From: Azolla caroliniana
Taxonomy: Eukaryota; Plantae; Polypodiophyta
Reading direction: 5' to 3'
DNA: 64,000 nucleotides
Assembly: GCA_043228905.1 (NCBI GenBank)
Contig: JBHGNT010000010.1
Span: 12,276,001 to 12,340,000, forward strand
Numbering within the stretch: the stretch's first letter is position 1; every line of letters begins with the position of its first letter. The position numbers were made by a program, and so were the translations under genes. This document shows, piece after piece, positions 13,636-24,334 of the stretch. The notes below the pieces were generated by a model. The model saw only the letters and a list, made by a program, of their open reading frames with translations. It had not been told where the DNA came from and did not search any database.

Positions 13636-15221
13636 TTATAACCATACCGTTTGACAAGGTTCATCTGGCACATCAATCGACGCAGTTTCCGTTACACCGC
13701 ATAACAGTAGAGAATAAATACAAGTTTAATGGAAGCTTAGAATACACAGTACACGGGAGAGACAGAGAGAGCAGAACATCAAAGAAACTCAATTCAAAAA
13801 ATAATAACGCTTTGTACATACAATGTGCTTAGAGGGCCCTTTTATACAAGTCCTTACACGGACTCCCCGAAGTACTAACAAGTACTTCAATCTTCATACG
13901 AGCGACTGACACTAACTCCAAGAAATCCGCCTACGTACTAGGCTTAGATTGTAGACCTCTAACAGCCTACCGGTTACAATCCGATCTGGATACCAATCTG
14001 GACACCAATCCGGATACCTACCCAGTTCTCCGTTCCGGATATCGATCCGGATCTGGCTTATTCAGCCGATCTGGAACCGGTTGAGCTTGTCCGCTCAACA
14101 CTCCCCCTCAAGCTCCACTTGAGGCCGGATCGTTGTGTTAGTGTTAGTGTTTGCCGGTCCTTTCCTCTAGCTCCACCTTGCGTCCTCCCACCTCGCTCGT
14201 GCTCCTCGACCGGTCCGGTTCTGCGCTACTCGATCTTCTCGGTCGGCTTGTCTACTCATAAGGCCCTTCTCAGCTCCTTTGCTGTTGCGACTTCGGCGCG
14301 TCTCGACTCATCGAATCCTCCGTGTCGGTGTCGACTTCCATTGCCTCCTCATCTGTTTAGCCTTTTGTTGATTCGGCTCCTCCGAATCGAACTCCTCTTT
14401 AGAATCGGCTACCTCCGATTCATTCCAACTCTTCTCTGAATTGGCTATCTCCAATTTTTCCTCAATCTTCAAACCCTTCACGACATCGGACCATGTTTTT
14501 TTTTTTTTCTAAACAAGATATCCTTCCATTAGTTTTAAGAAGCATGTCTGCTAAAAAATACAACCAATAGCTCAACGCTGTTGCTTCCAGCAACACCTTT
14601 GTTACAAAAGACTTCAAAAGCTTCCTTTAGAGCTTTGTGAAAGAGGGAATGATGTACAAAGCATTACTCACATATTGCAGATATTTATCATGCAATTCAA
14701 ACACATTTTGTAAAAATGCCAGGTCTAATCTAGTTACAACCTTCTTCTCAGCCTTTTTATTGCTTGCTATATCTTCTGCTTGCTTTACTAATGTCATTCC
14801 TGTTGTTCTCTGACCGGACAAGGCCTAACACAAGGTGTCACGGAGACACTTCACCAAAGGGTGATTACGGCATAGGATTATGACTCAACGATTACACCGA
14901 CCTAAGTAGGTTACACGATTAGAGCGCTTTTGTTAATTACACGCGTAAGATATAACAGTAAGTACAGAACGGAAATCAACACAGAAGTATAAACACCATA
15001 CGCTCTATTAATTATCCGCTGCGATTACAATGGGCTCCGGGCCTTTAAATAGGTTTCCGGTCCGTAGTACAAAACGGTGCCTATCGCACCTATTCGGGAT
15101 CCGTCCGGATCTGGAACGGCATACCGTTTCCAGTCCGTCCGTCCATACTATGCTTATTTACAACCATACTTAATTAATTCCTTCACTCCGTATTTTGGAC
15201 TCCTTGCCGGCCGGTAACACA

Positions 15222-15259
15222 TGGCACGCCCGTGGGACAGTACCTTGTACGTCGAACCC
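15222..15259 (-). other. tRNA-Arg-like 3' segment occupying the PPT position of element A
   Basis: Element-sense GGGTTCGA-CGTACAAGGTACT-GTCCCAC-GGGCGTGCCA, then TG, then the 3' LTR. No purine tract abuts the LTR. Confidence 0.75.
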
Positions 15260-15271
15260 TTCTCGGCCCCT

Positions 15272-18200
15272 TCATTGTTCACCCAAATTGTCCAAAATAC
15301 TTTGTTCCAGAGTTTCCAATTGTTCTTCCGGTTGTGGTTGTTGCGGCTGTGCTTGCTGCTGCTGCTGTGGTTGCGGTTGGGACTGAGACTGCTCCGGCTG
15401 CTCTATAGGCGGCTGCTCCGTTTGTTTCTCTGACTCCGGCATCCCCGTTTGACTGCTTCCAGTCCGGTCTCCTTCCAGTAACGGTTCCTCATCACTGAGG
15501 TTGACCGTTACTGGTTCTCGTGCTTTCTCTTCCCGGATCCGGGACCTCTCGTAGCTTTCAAACTGGATCTGCGCCTCCAGCCTGTCGTCGTCCAGCTGAG
15601 CTACAAGTTGCCGGACTTGCCCTAGTTGGTCCTCTGCCAAGGCTTGAAAGTCTTCGGCCAGCTCATCTCTTATGCCGGTGAAGTCTTCGGAAGTCAGCAT
15701 ATAACAATCATCTCCCTCCTTCCGCCGGTTCTCTACGTCAGCCCGGAGCAATTGGAGTTCCGCCGCGTTCGGGGCCCACTTGGTCCACCATTTGACGGAA
15801 CCGTTGTCAATCAAGCTCTTGGTCTGGTTCAACCAGGCCCACATGATATCCTGGATGCGACTTGCTCCCATTTGCGCTCTACTTTCCACAACTTGTCGTT
15901 CCTCCTTCAACTGCTTGATGAGATTAGCCGTATCCTCCGCCTGCTCTCTGTAGCGCGTCAGCTGCCCTTGATATGTTGTTTGCAGCCTCTGCAGTACCTC
16001 CGCCGCTCTTTCTCTTTCCGCCTGCTCTCTGTAGCGCGTCAGCTGCCCTTGATATGTTGTTTGCAGCCTCTGCAGTACCTCCGCCGCTCTTTCTCTTTCC
16101 GCCTGCTGTTGCCTGAGGAGCTCTGTCCGAACCTTCTCCGCCTCTTCCAACCGTCTTCTGGTTTCCGCTTGTTCATTAGCGTATGCCGTTGCGCTCCGAT
16201 CAACTGCTTGCCGGAGCTCATCCGTCCGTTCCTTGTGCTCCGTTTGCAACCGTTTATACTCCCGGTGCAAGTGCTCAAATTCCTCCGTTTTTTGTTTGAA
16301 CTTGTCGTTGATCTGGCGATGGTTCCGGTCCTCCCGGTCCTTTAGCTGCCGGAGTTCCTCTTTCAGGCGCTCTACTTCTGTTTCGGCGTTTCTCCGGAGC
16401 CTGTCCTTCTCTTGCAGCATTTTCTCCTTCTCCTCCTTGAGCCGGTCGTACGCTTGGTGGCCTTTTCGTAAGCTCTCCTCGGCCCAGCGTAGATTCTCAG
16501 CAGTCTTTTTGAGTTCTGCCTCCACTGCCGTCTTCAACTCTCTTTCGCGGCTCCTCAGCGCTTCTTGGGCAGCTAGCTCATCCTTTAAGTCCGCAAGCTC
16601 TTGGGCTTGTGCCGCATTTCTCTCCGGAACAGTTTCCGTTGCCGGGGTCTGATTGCTATGTACAGGTTGATCTGACGCTTTATTCTGTACATTGCCCGGA
16701 GTCACCGGTGCTTGGACTTGTGTTGTCAAAGCCGATTGAGCCATTTCCCTTGTGACCCTGTCCAAGTCTTGTTCAAGGCTCCGGATTCTGGACCGGGCCG
16801 TCTCTAGATCTACGGTTGTGACGAGCAACCGTTCGTGGTGCGCTCTCTCCTCCGCCTCTATGTACTCGACCGCTCCGGCGATTTGCTCGCCTACCCACCG
16901 TAGCCACATGCTACTGGTGCCTTGCTGCTGTACTGGTCGGGTCGGCTCGTTCACTATGGAATTGTCTGGCCTGAGTGCCTGTATCTGCCGTTCTGGTTCT
17001 ACTCCTTGGCCGCTGTGTGTGCTGGCTGGGCTCGCCGGCTGTTGAGTTCCGGTTCTCGCCGTCTCCGGAGCCGTTGGAATGACTTCTTGTATAGAAGTCG
17101 ACAAGGCCGGTTCTATACGCACCGGTTCCGGTTCCTCCCTTGTGGTTTGCTCAGGTTGAGTTGGGGGCGTTTCTTCCTTTTGCGGGTCCGAACGCTCCCC
17201 CGCTGTCCCGGCAGTCCTACTTCTTGACCGTCGTTGGAGGTGCTCTACTGGCTCCTCCGTTTCCTCTTCCTGGGTAACGGCATGTATCTGTGCCGTCAAG
17301 GGTTCCGGTTCCTTCTGTCCCGGTCGCCGTATGGTTATCTTAACGGGTCGGACCGGTGACACCTCCTCCGGTTCTGGGAGCCGTTTCTTCCCTTTCGTCG
17401 CCTTCGACGCCAGCAGTTGCTGTCGTTTGGACGCGGGTTTCGAGGTGCTTCCTTCCGATAATCTTGGCCGCTTCTTTGGCTGGACGGTCTCGACCGGCGG
17501 CGCGAGCAATGTTATCCACTGAGCTACGGCATGCCACAGCTTCCGGCCCTCCTTGCCGTCCTTTCCTCGTACCGTGTCGATTGCCGCGCACAAACCGTCT
17601 GCAATCAACACCGGCCAATCCACCTTGATCCCTTCATAGGTGGCTATGATCATCCCTACCCGATTTTTTCGCATGACAGGGGGTCGGGGGTACATGTGGC
17701 TGTACTCATGGAGCACTTGAGCTATCTCCCTGAATAGCGGATCTTCGCCGCCCTGCGTTCGATAGCCTTTGCCGGCTAGAGAGTACTCACCGAAATATCG
17801 GATGAGTTGCTCCGAGGTTGGGTTATCGATCTGAAAAATACCTCCCTCCGGAAGGCCTATCAGCGCACGGATCGCTTCCTCGGTGATGACTTCTGTGTCG
17901 AGCTCCTTGATGACCCGGTCGGCTTCTTTGTGCGGTGGTGCCTCCATGATGGTCAAGAACCCATCCAGTCCGTGTTGCCTGAGCCATTTCCTGGCCGCTT
18001 CCGACAGCGTTTGTGGGTCCATGTCTGCTTCGAGGTCGAGGAAAGATGGCGAGGTAGAGTGGTGATGAGAGTGAGAGCGAGAGAGAGAGAGTTCCGAACG
18101 TGGGGGTTCTCTGAGTGCAGGTTCGCGTTTGCTAAGCTTCAACCGCCTTGGTGCTTCTGTGATTCTTGGCTCGCGAAATGAAAAGGTCTCCATGCGTTCT

Positions 18201-18322
18201 GCTTTTTCTCTGTGCGTCTTGGCGCCTTTTTCGAGCATGCGCACGTCGTGTACCAATTTAGTATTAAGTAATGTGGCGGCTCTTAAATGCCCACTACGTA
18301 CCTTTTCGCTCCTTGCTTTCAC
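15272..18322 (-). CDS. Accessory ORF of element A (up to 1016 aa): conserved N-terminal domain, low-complexity linker, long coiled coil
   Basis: Uninterrupted ORF between pol and the 3' LTR, on the same strand as pol. Homologues in B, C and at 620-1290. True start uncertain. Confidence 0.85.
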   Translation of the reverse strand: MKARSEKVRSGHLRAATLLNTKLVHDVRMLEKGAKTHREKAERMETFSFREPRITEAPRRLKLSKREPALREPPRSELSLSRSHSHHHSTSPSFLDLEADMDPQTLSEAARKWLRQHGLDGFLTIMEAPPHKEADRVIKELDTEVITEEAIRALIGLPEGGIFQIDNPTSEQLIRYFGEYSLAGKGYRTQGGEDPLFREIAQVLHEYSHMYPRPPVMRKNRVGMIIATYEGIKVDWPVLIADGLCAAIDTVRGKDGKEGRKLWHAVAQWITLLAPPVETVQPKKRPRLSEGSTSKPASKRQQLLASKATKGKKRLPEPEEVSPVRPVKITIRRPGQKEPEPLTAQIHAVTQEEETEEPVEHLQRRSRSRTAGTAGERSDPQKEETPPTQPEQTTREEPEPVRIEPALSTSIQEVIPTAPETARTGTQQPASPASTHSGQGVEPERQIQALRPDNSIVNEPTRPVQQQGTSSMWLRWVGEQIAGAVEYIEAEERAHHERLLVTTVDLETARSRIRSLEQDLDRVTREMAQSALTTQVQAPVTPGNVQNKASDQPVHSNQTPATETVPERNAAQAQELADLKDELAAQEALRSRERELKTAVEAELKKTAENLRWAEESLRKGHQAYDRLKEEKEKMLQEKDRLRRNAETEVERLKEELRQLKDREDRNHRQINDKFKQKTEEFEHLHREYKRLQTEHKERTDELRQAVDRSATAYANEQAETRRRLEEAEKVRTELLRQQQAERERAAEVLQRLQTTYQGQLTRYREQAERERAAEVLQRLQTTYQGQLTRYREQAEDTANLIKQLKEERQVVESRAQMGASRIQDIMWAWLNQTKSLIDNGSVKWWTKWAPNAAELQLLRADVENRRKEGDDCYMLTSEDFTGIRDELAEDFQALAEDQLGQVRQLVAQLDDDRLEAQIQFESYERSRIREEKAREPVTVNLSDEEPLLEGDRTGSSQTGMPESEKQTEQPPIEQPEQSQSQPQPQQQQQAQPQQPQPEEQLETLEQSILDNLGEQ

Positions 18323-18417
18323 GTCCGTTCATACCTCGATTTTTAATGTTTTTTTTTATTTTTTATTTTTTATTTATTATTTATTATTATTTTTATTATA
18401 AATGACTGTATGTGATC

Positions 18418-21400
18418 TTACACATCCGTAGGTCCCTTCGGACCCTTACCGTTTTCCTTACGGGTTGCCGTGTCTTCCTTCGCCTCTGCTACGGGTTCCC
18501 CGTCGTCTTTTTCTTCCCTCCGTACCGTTCCCGGTATAGTGCCGGTGGGCTGCATAAACGGGTTATTTGGCATCGGTCCTTTATAGGGCTTTAGTCTAAA
18601 TCCGTTGACCCACTTGCCTAGCACTTCACCGGCAAGTGTCCCTAACTGATAGGACCCGTTGTATTCCCGTGTCAGCCAATACGGGCCTGTCCATCTAAAC
18701 CGGAGTTTACCCGGCATCTTGCCCATCCTCGTTTGGAATACTAGCACCGGCTTTCCGATTTCGAACATCTTTTCATTACCTTTCCGGTGACGGTCAACGA
18801 ACGCTTTTCGTCGTCGTTGCTCCAGTTCCATGTGTAGGATGCTGGCCAGCCGTTGCTCCTCCAGTTCGCATAGTGCTGCTAGCCGCATTTCCTCTGACTC
18901 CTTTTCATTCAGCCGTTCCCGTAGTTGGATCCGTAAGCTTGGTACCTGAAATTCCACCGGCATGACCGCCTCTAAGCCGAACGCTAACCGGAACGGCGTT
19001 GTCCGGATACTTGTTTTGTATGTCGTTCGGTACGCCCATAGCGCGCTATGGAGCTTTGTATCCCAGTCCGTCCGGTTTTCATTGACGATTTTGCGGAGAA
19101 TGTTCTGGAGCGTTTTGTTGGTTGACTCTGCTAACCCGTTTGCTTGTGGGTAGTACGGTGTGCTCCGTTTATGGACCACGGCATAGAACGTTGTTAAGCT
19201 TTCAACTACCTGGCCGAGGAAGTGCCCTCCTTGGTCGCTGATTAATTCAATCGGACATCCATATCGACACCAAATGTTTTTGTACAGGAATTTTGCTGTG
19301 GATGACGCGGTGTTGTCTCTCAAGGCCTTAGCCTCCACCCATTTAGTGCAATAATCTGTTGCCACGATGACATAACGATTACCCGTTCTCATTGCCGGTG
19401 GCTTGAACGGTCCGACAAAATCCAACCCCCATTCTGGAATGGCTCTAGTGGAAGTACCGGTTGGTGTGGCATCCGTGCTTGCTCCGTAGGCTGGCCCATT
19501 CGTTGGCATAGGTCACATTCCTTAGCATACTTGACGGCGTCTTTTAACGTCGTGGGCCACCATAAGCCGCTCTGCCATACTTTCCTTGCCGTCGCTTCCC
19601 CGGCATAGTGTCCTCTGGCAACCCCACAGTGTGCTTCCCGTAAGATTACTTGTTTCTCGTCACTACGGACTGCCCGTCTCCATATTCCATCTGCTCCCTT
19701 GTGGTAGAGAGTGCCCCGTAACAGACAGAAATTGCAGCTCTGCACCGCCAGTCGTTTCCTCTCGTCCCGGTTCATTTCCTCCGGTGGCAGGCCCGTGCTT
19801 AGGAACTGGTGCATGTTTGTCAGCCACCTATCTTCTGATGCCACCATGTCGTCCGCTGCCGTTTCCGGGGTGATACGGAATAACTCTGCGTCCGGGAATT
19901 CATCCGATACTCCGTCGTCTGATTCTCCGGACTCTAACCGGCTCAGGTAGTCTGCTACGGCATGCTGGATACCGGGCCGGTGGAAGATCTCGAATTCGAA
20001 CTCCTGCAACAGCAAGGTCCAACGGGCCAACTTACCGGTCAGGGACGCCTTGGACACTAAGTACAGGAGCGCCGAGTGATCCACATGAAAGGAGAACTTC
20101 CTTCCCAATAGGTAATGACGAAACTTTGTTACACTGTAGATCATGCCCAGGGCCTCCCGTTCCGTTGTCGAATAGTTCTTCTCCGCTTGGGACAGCTTCC
20201 GGCTGGCGTAATATACCGGCCGGTACCATTTAGGCTCCGTAAGTTGCATTAAGGCGTTGCCGATAGCGATGTCGGAAGCGTCAACGAACACATGAAATTC
20301 CTTGCTCCAATCCGGAGGCTGCACGACGGGTGCTTGCGACAAAAGTACCTTCAGGGCATTGTATGCCTTATCCTCCGTATCCGTCCATTGGAACGGTGTC
20401 CGATGTACTGCGGTGTGTAATGGTGTAGCCAAGTCAGCCAAGTGACGGAGCATCCGGCTGTGCCACCGGATCTGTCCTAAGAATCGGCTTAGTGCTTTGG
20501 CCGTTTTCGGCGCCGGTGCCCCTAGTATCGCGTTTACTTTGTTCGGGTCGACCGCAATGCCCTCCTTACTTACAATGTGTCCCAGTAATATTCCACTTGA
20601 AACCCCAAAGATGCATTTTGCTGGGTTTAAGCTTAGCCGGTATAACCTACACTTTTCAAGGCATAACCGTAGGTGCTGCAAATGGTCTTTTTCCCGGCTA
20701 TAGACTGCAAAGTCATCCAGGAAAACCTGCATGAAGGCTGGAATGTATTCGCCGAAGATCTCCATGATGATTCGCTGGAAAGTTGCTGGTGCCGTTTTTA
20801 GTCCGAACATCATTACTACGGCCACAAACACCCCCCATTCGGTGACGAACGCTGTCTTCTCCTGGTCGTCAGGGTGCATCCGGATTTGATTGTATCCGCT
20901 GAACCCGTCTAAAAAGCTATAAACTTCATGGCCGGCGACGGCATCCAGTACTCCATCCGTGAACGGAAGAGGGAATGCATCCGTAATTGTGGCTGCATTT
21001 AGTTTCCTGTAATCTACACACACGCGGATTTTACCGTTCTTCTTTGGGACGACGACGATGGGGCTCAGCCACGTCGCTTTCTTTACCGGCCGGATGAAGC
21101 CCACTCTTAGGAGTTTGTCGATTTCCTCCTTCACTTTGGCGGCGTAGTTGGGGTTCATTCGGTAACGTCTTTGCGCCACTGGTTTCGCGTCCTTGCCTAA
21201 GTGGATCTGATGCTGATATAATTGAGGGTCCAGCCCTCGCATGTCTTCGTATGACCAGGCGAATACGTCGCGAAACTCCGTGAGAAGTTTGATCATCGCC
21301 GCTTTATCTTCCGGCTTCATTTCTTTGGCGATGTGTACCGGCTTTGATTCGTCCTTGCTTCCTAGGTTCACTTCGTCGAGCTGGGATGTTTTTACCCGTT

Positions 21401-24287
21401 GGGAAACGGCCATTTCCCGTTCCAACGCTTCCTGTGCTTGCCGTAATTCCCGAATCGAATCTTTGTCTGGTTCGGCTTCGGTTTCGTCCCGCTGCGGCAA
21501 GTATGGCGCGACGGCTTCAGCTACGTCAATCTCGAAGAGTGGTACGATCTTCGGGTGTTCCTCCAAGTACTGGGCTTCTTCGTCGTCTGCCAACCCTTCA
21601 AGCATGTTCACGCATTCCGCATACAGCGGTGTGCATTCCTTACCGTTGCTCGTCCGTGGTTGTGTCGGTACCCGGACCTTGGCTTTTCCGCGCCGGAAGG
21701 TAATCATATTTTTCCGCCAATTTTGCTTGATGTGTGCTGTTTTCAACCATGGTCTGCCCAGCAACAGTGGGTACGCGCCTTGCGCCTGTAGCTGCAGCAC
21801 TACAGCCGAGATGTGAAATGTGTGACCTCCTATGGTGACTTCCAATTTCCGTATTAAGCCCGTCGGCCGTACAGAGCTCGTATCCGCCATCCGTAGCCAG
21901 AACGGACATGGCTCCCATTCATGTATACCCAAGGCATCACACGTGCGGAGGCTTATTACGTTCACCCTGGAACCTCCATCGATTACTGTGCCGGGAAGTT
22001 CGTGCCCTTTGACAATAGTTGTAATCACCGGACTACTAGTGTCCACCACCGTCAGTCCCTCCTCCGGATTCGAGAAGAGGACTGGTGCCGGTGGGGCTAT
22101 ACCGTCTGTCATGACCGTTTTTAGTCCTTCCGTAAATCGCGGCACGAGCTGCAAGAGTCTTCCTAATGGCAACGTGATCTGACATTCTTGCAGTGCTTGC
22201 CATGTCTCATTTTCTGCGTGGCTACCGCCGGCACTCCCTATGGTATTCGCCTTTTGCCGTTCCGCGTCCGCGACGTTCCTTTCATTGGCTTCCTTCACCC
22301 ATTCCGTCGCCTGTTTTCGTATGGCCTCTTGTGTTTCCCACTCTTTGGCCATGCCTTTCGACCGTGTGGTTACTTGCTGTACATCCGCCACTTCCGGAAC
22401 CACCATATTAACTGCTGGTCGTTTATCGTAGCTCTTTGCCGGGCACTGGTTACTGTAGTGGCCTTCCTGCCTGCAGTAGTAGCAGTACTCTTTACGGGTA
22501 TTGCTGGATTCAGCATTGCTGGTAGCCGGAGTCGGTCCCGTAGTGAGTGGTGCGTTCTGTGCCGGTTGGCTCCTTGGGGTTCCATGTTCCGGGTCCCTAG
22601 TGTGACCACCTTTCTTGAAATTACGTTTCTTATTATTCTTATTTTTATTTCGGTAGTCCTGTCGTGGTGGATCGTAAAATCGGCCGTAGTCCTCCTGGTG
22701 CCTTCGGTAACCAGGGGAATGGTCTCTGTCGTATTGCTCGTGTCGTCTGTTGGACTCCCGATAACGGTCCGATCGCTCATACCGGTCGTAGTTATCATGC
22801 CGATCCCCGTACCAGCCATCATTCTCTTGTCTGTCTCCGTACTGGACATCCTGTGCCGGTCGGTACCGGTTCATTCTTTGCCAACGATCTTCATCTTCGC
22901 CTCGGCTGCTTCTTGGCTCGATCCGTCGGACGGGTGGTGCTTGTCGGTTTAGCAGGTTATACTCGCACCGGTCCGTTGTATGACTCTTGGATTGACAAAT
23001 CACACACTGGGTTCGCATGGTGCACTCCACTGCCGAGTGTCCGACATTCAAGCAGATTGTGCATTGAATTGCCTGCCGGAACCGGAGATCTTCATCTGTG
23101 GGTAACGCCCGTTGCAGTGCTCCCAGTGTAAGCCATGAGCTTGACTTTTCCATTTCTCTGACCCGGTCAATGACCTGGTCAATGGTGCTTCCTCGAAAGT
23201 CGATCACCGTACACACCGTGCGTAACGGTTCCCGGAGTGCGTTTAAAAATATCGTCCGTAATTCCTCCTCCGGGGGTGCACGGGCAAGCTGGCTATGCAT
23301 TCGTTGGAAACGGATGACGAATTGGGGAATGCTTTCCCCTGCCTCCTGTTGGATCGTATAAAACAGGCCCACCATTATCGTCTGGTCGACCTCCTTGTGG
23401 AAAAAATGCAAGAATTTTGCTTTTAATTCTGCAAAGGTTGTGATGGTCGCCGGGTCCTGCGTCCGCCGCCATCGTGCCGCTGGTCCTTCCAACGTGACCC
23501 CGAATTCCGCTATCTTCGAGCGTTCTTCTTCCTCCGGTGTCAATCGCTGGGACGCGTGATTTGCTTCCCATGTCTGCTCGAAGGCATGAACATGCGCTTC
23601 CGCGTCCGGATCATCGCGATACTTTGAGTATTGGAACGGCATGTCGTCGTCCAGTATTAGGCCGCGGTTTAGTGGCGTCTGTCGATATCTTTCCGGTTTT
23701 CTCTCCGGTTCCACTTCCAGTTCTTTTGCCGGTGCTTTTTCCGGTTCCTCTTCCGGTTCTTTTTCCGGTTCCTTCACCGGCTCTTCTTCCGGTACCTTCG
23801 CCGGCTCTTTCGTTGGTGTCGGTGGCTTTGCTTCTTCCACTTCCGGTGTTGGTGGGTTGACGGCTTCCGTTTGCGGTTCCGGATAGCCCTGGTCGAACGG
23901 TTCCGGTTCTGGAGTCGGCACGGTATCCGACCCGTCGTCCTCCGGGCCGCCGGGGGTATCGTTGCTGCTCCGGTAGTTCGTGTGCACGCTGTATCCCCCT
24001 TCGGAATCCGATTCGTAGGCTGAAAAGGCTTCTGCCTCGTTTTCTCCGCTTGCCAGCGCCTCGAGGAGGCGTTCGGTTTCCTGGAGACTACTTAGACCGC
24101 TTCCGTCGTCCTGGTCGCGAGTTTGCTGTAACCGAAGAGATTCCTCCGCGACTCTCCGGATCTCGTTGGAGAACGAACGATCCGAGCGAATTTCGTGCGC
24201 TGCTTGCTGGAAAGTCTCACGCCGTCTTTGCCGTTCGGCGAGGCGTCGAGCTCGGTCTGTAACCAGGTCGTGCGTTGGTCTCGTCAT
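18418..24287 (-). CDS. Gag-Pol of element A, with one frameshift at about 19435
   Basis: Three CCHC knuckles, protease VIDGGS, RT FLDD, RH VDASD/EREAL, integrase HHCC zinc finger and WGLDFVGP. ORFs 19389-24287 and 18418-19509 overlap at a 1-bp deletion. Confidence 0.95.
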
Positions 24288-24324
24288 CCATTAAGCCGTC
24301 GTTCGCTGCGAGAAAGCAGGAATC

Positions 24325-24334
24325 GTGGTCGCCA
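24325..24334 (-). promoter_or_regulatory. PBS of element A, TGGCGACCAC (tRNA-Arg(TCG)-like)
   Basis: Lies 6 nt inside the 5' LTR. Element B has TGGCGACCA at the same 6-nt spacing. tRNA identity is from recall. Confidence 0.75.

Noticed and set aside
15222-15300. Complete tRNA gene next to the LTR
   Set aside because: Only the 3' ~28 nt are tRNA-like. There is no D or anticodon arm, and the upstream sequence is the end of the accessory ORF.
15272-18322. Envelope (env) gene
   Set aside because: It occupies the env position, but has no signal peptide or transmembrane helix and is highly charged coiled coil.
19389-19509. Programmed frameshift in the integrase of A
   Set aside because: B is in frame here (PFQKWGLDF), so this is a 1-bp deletion or sequencing error.
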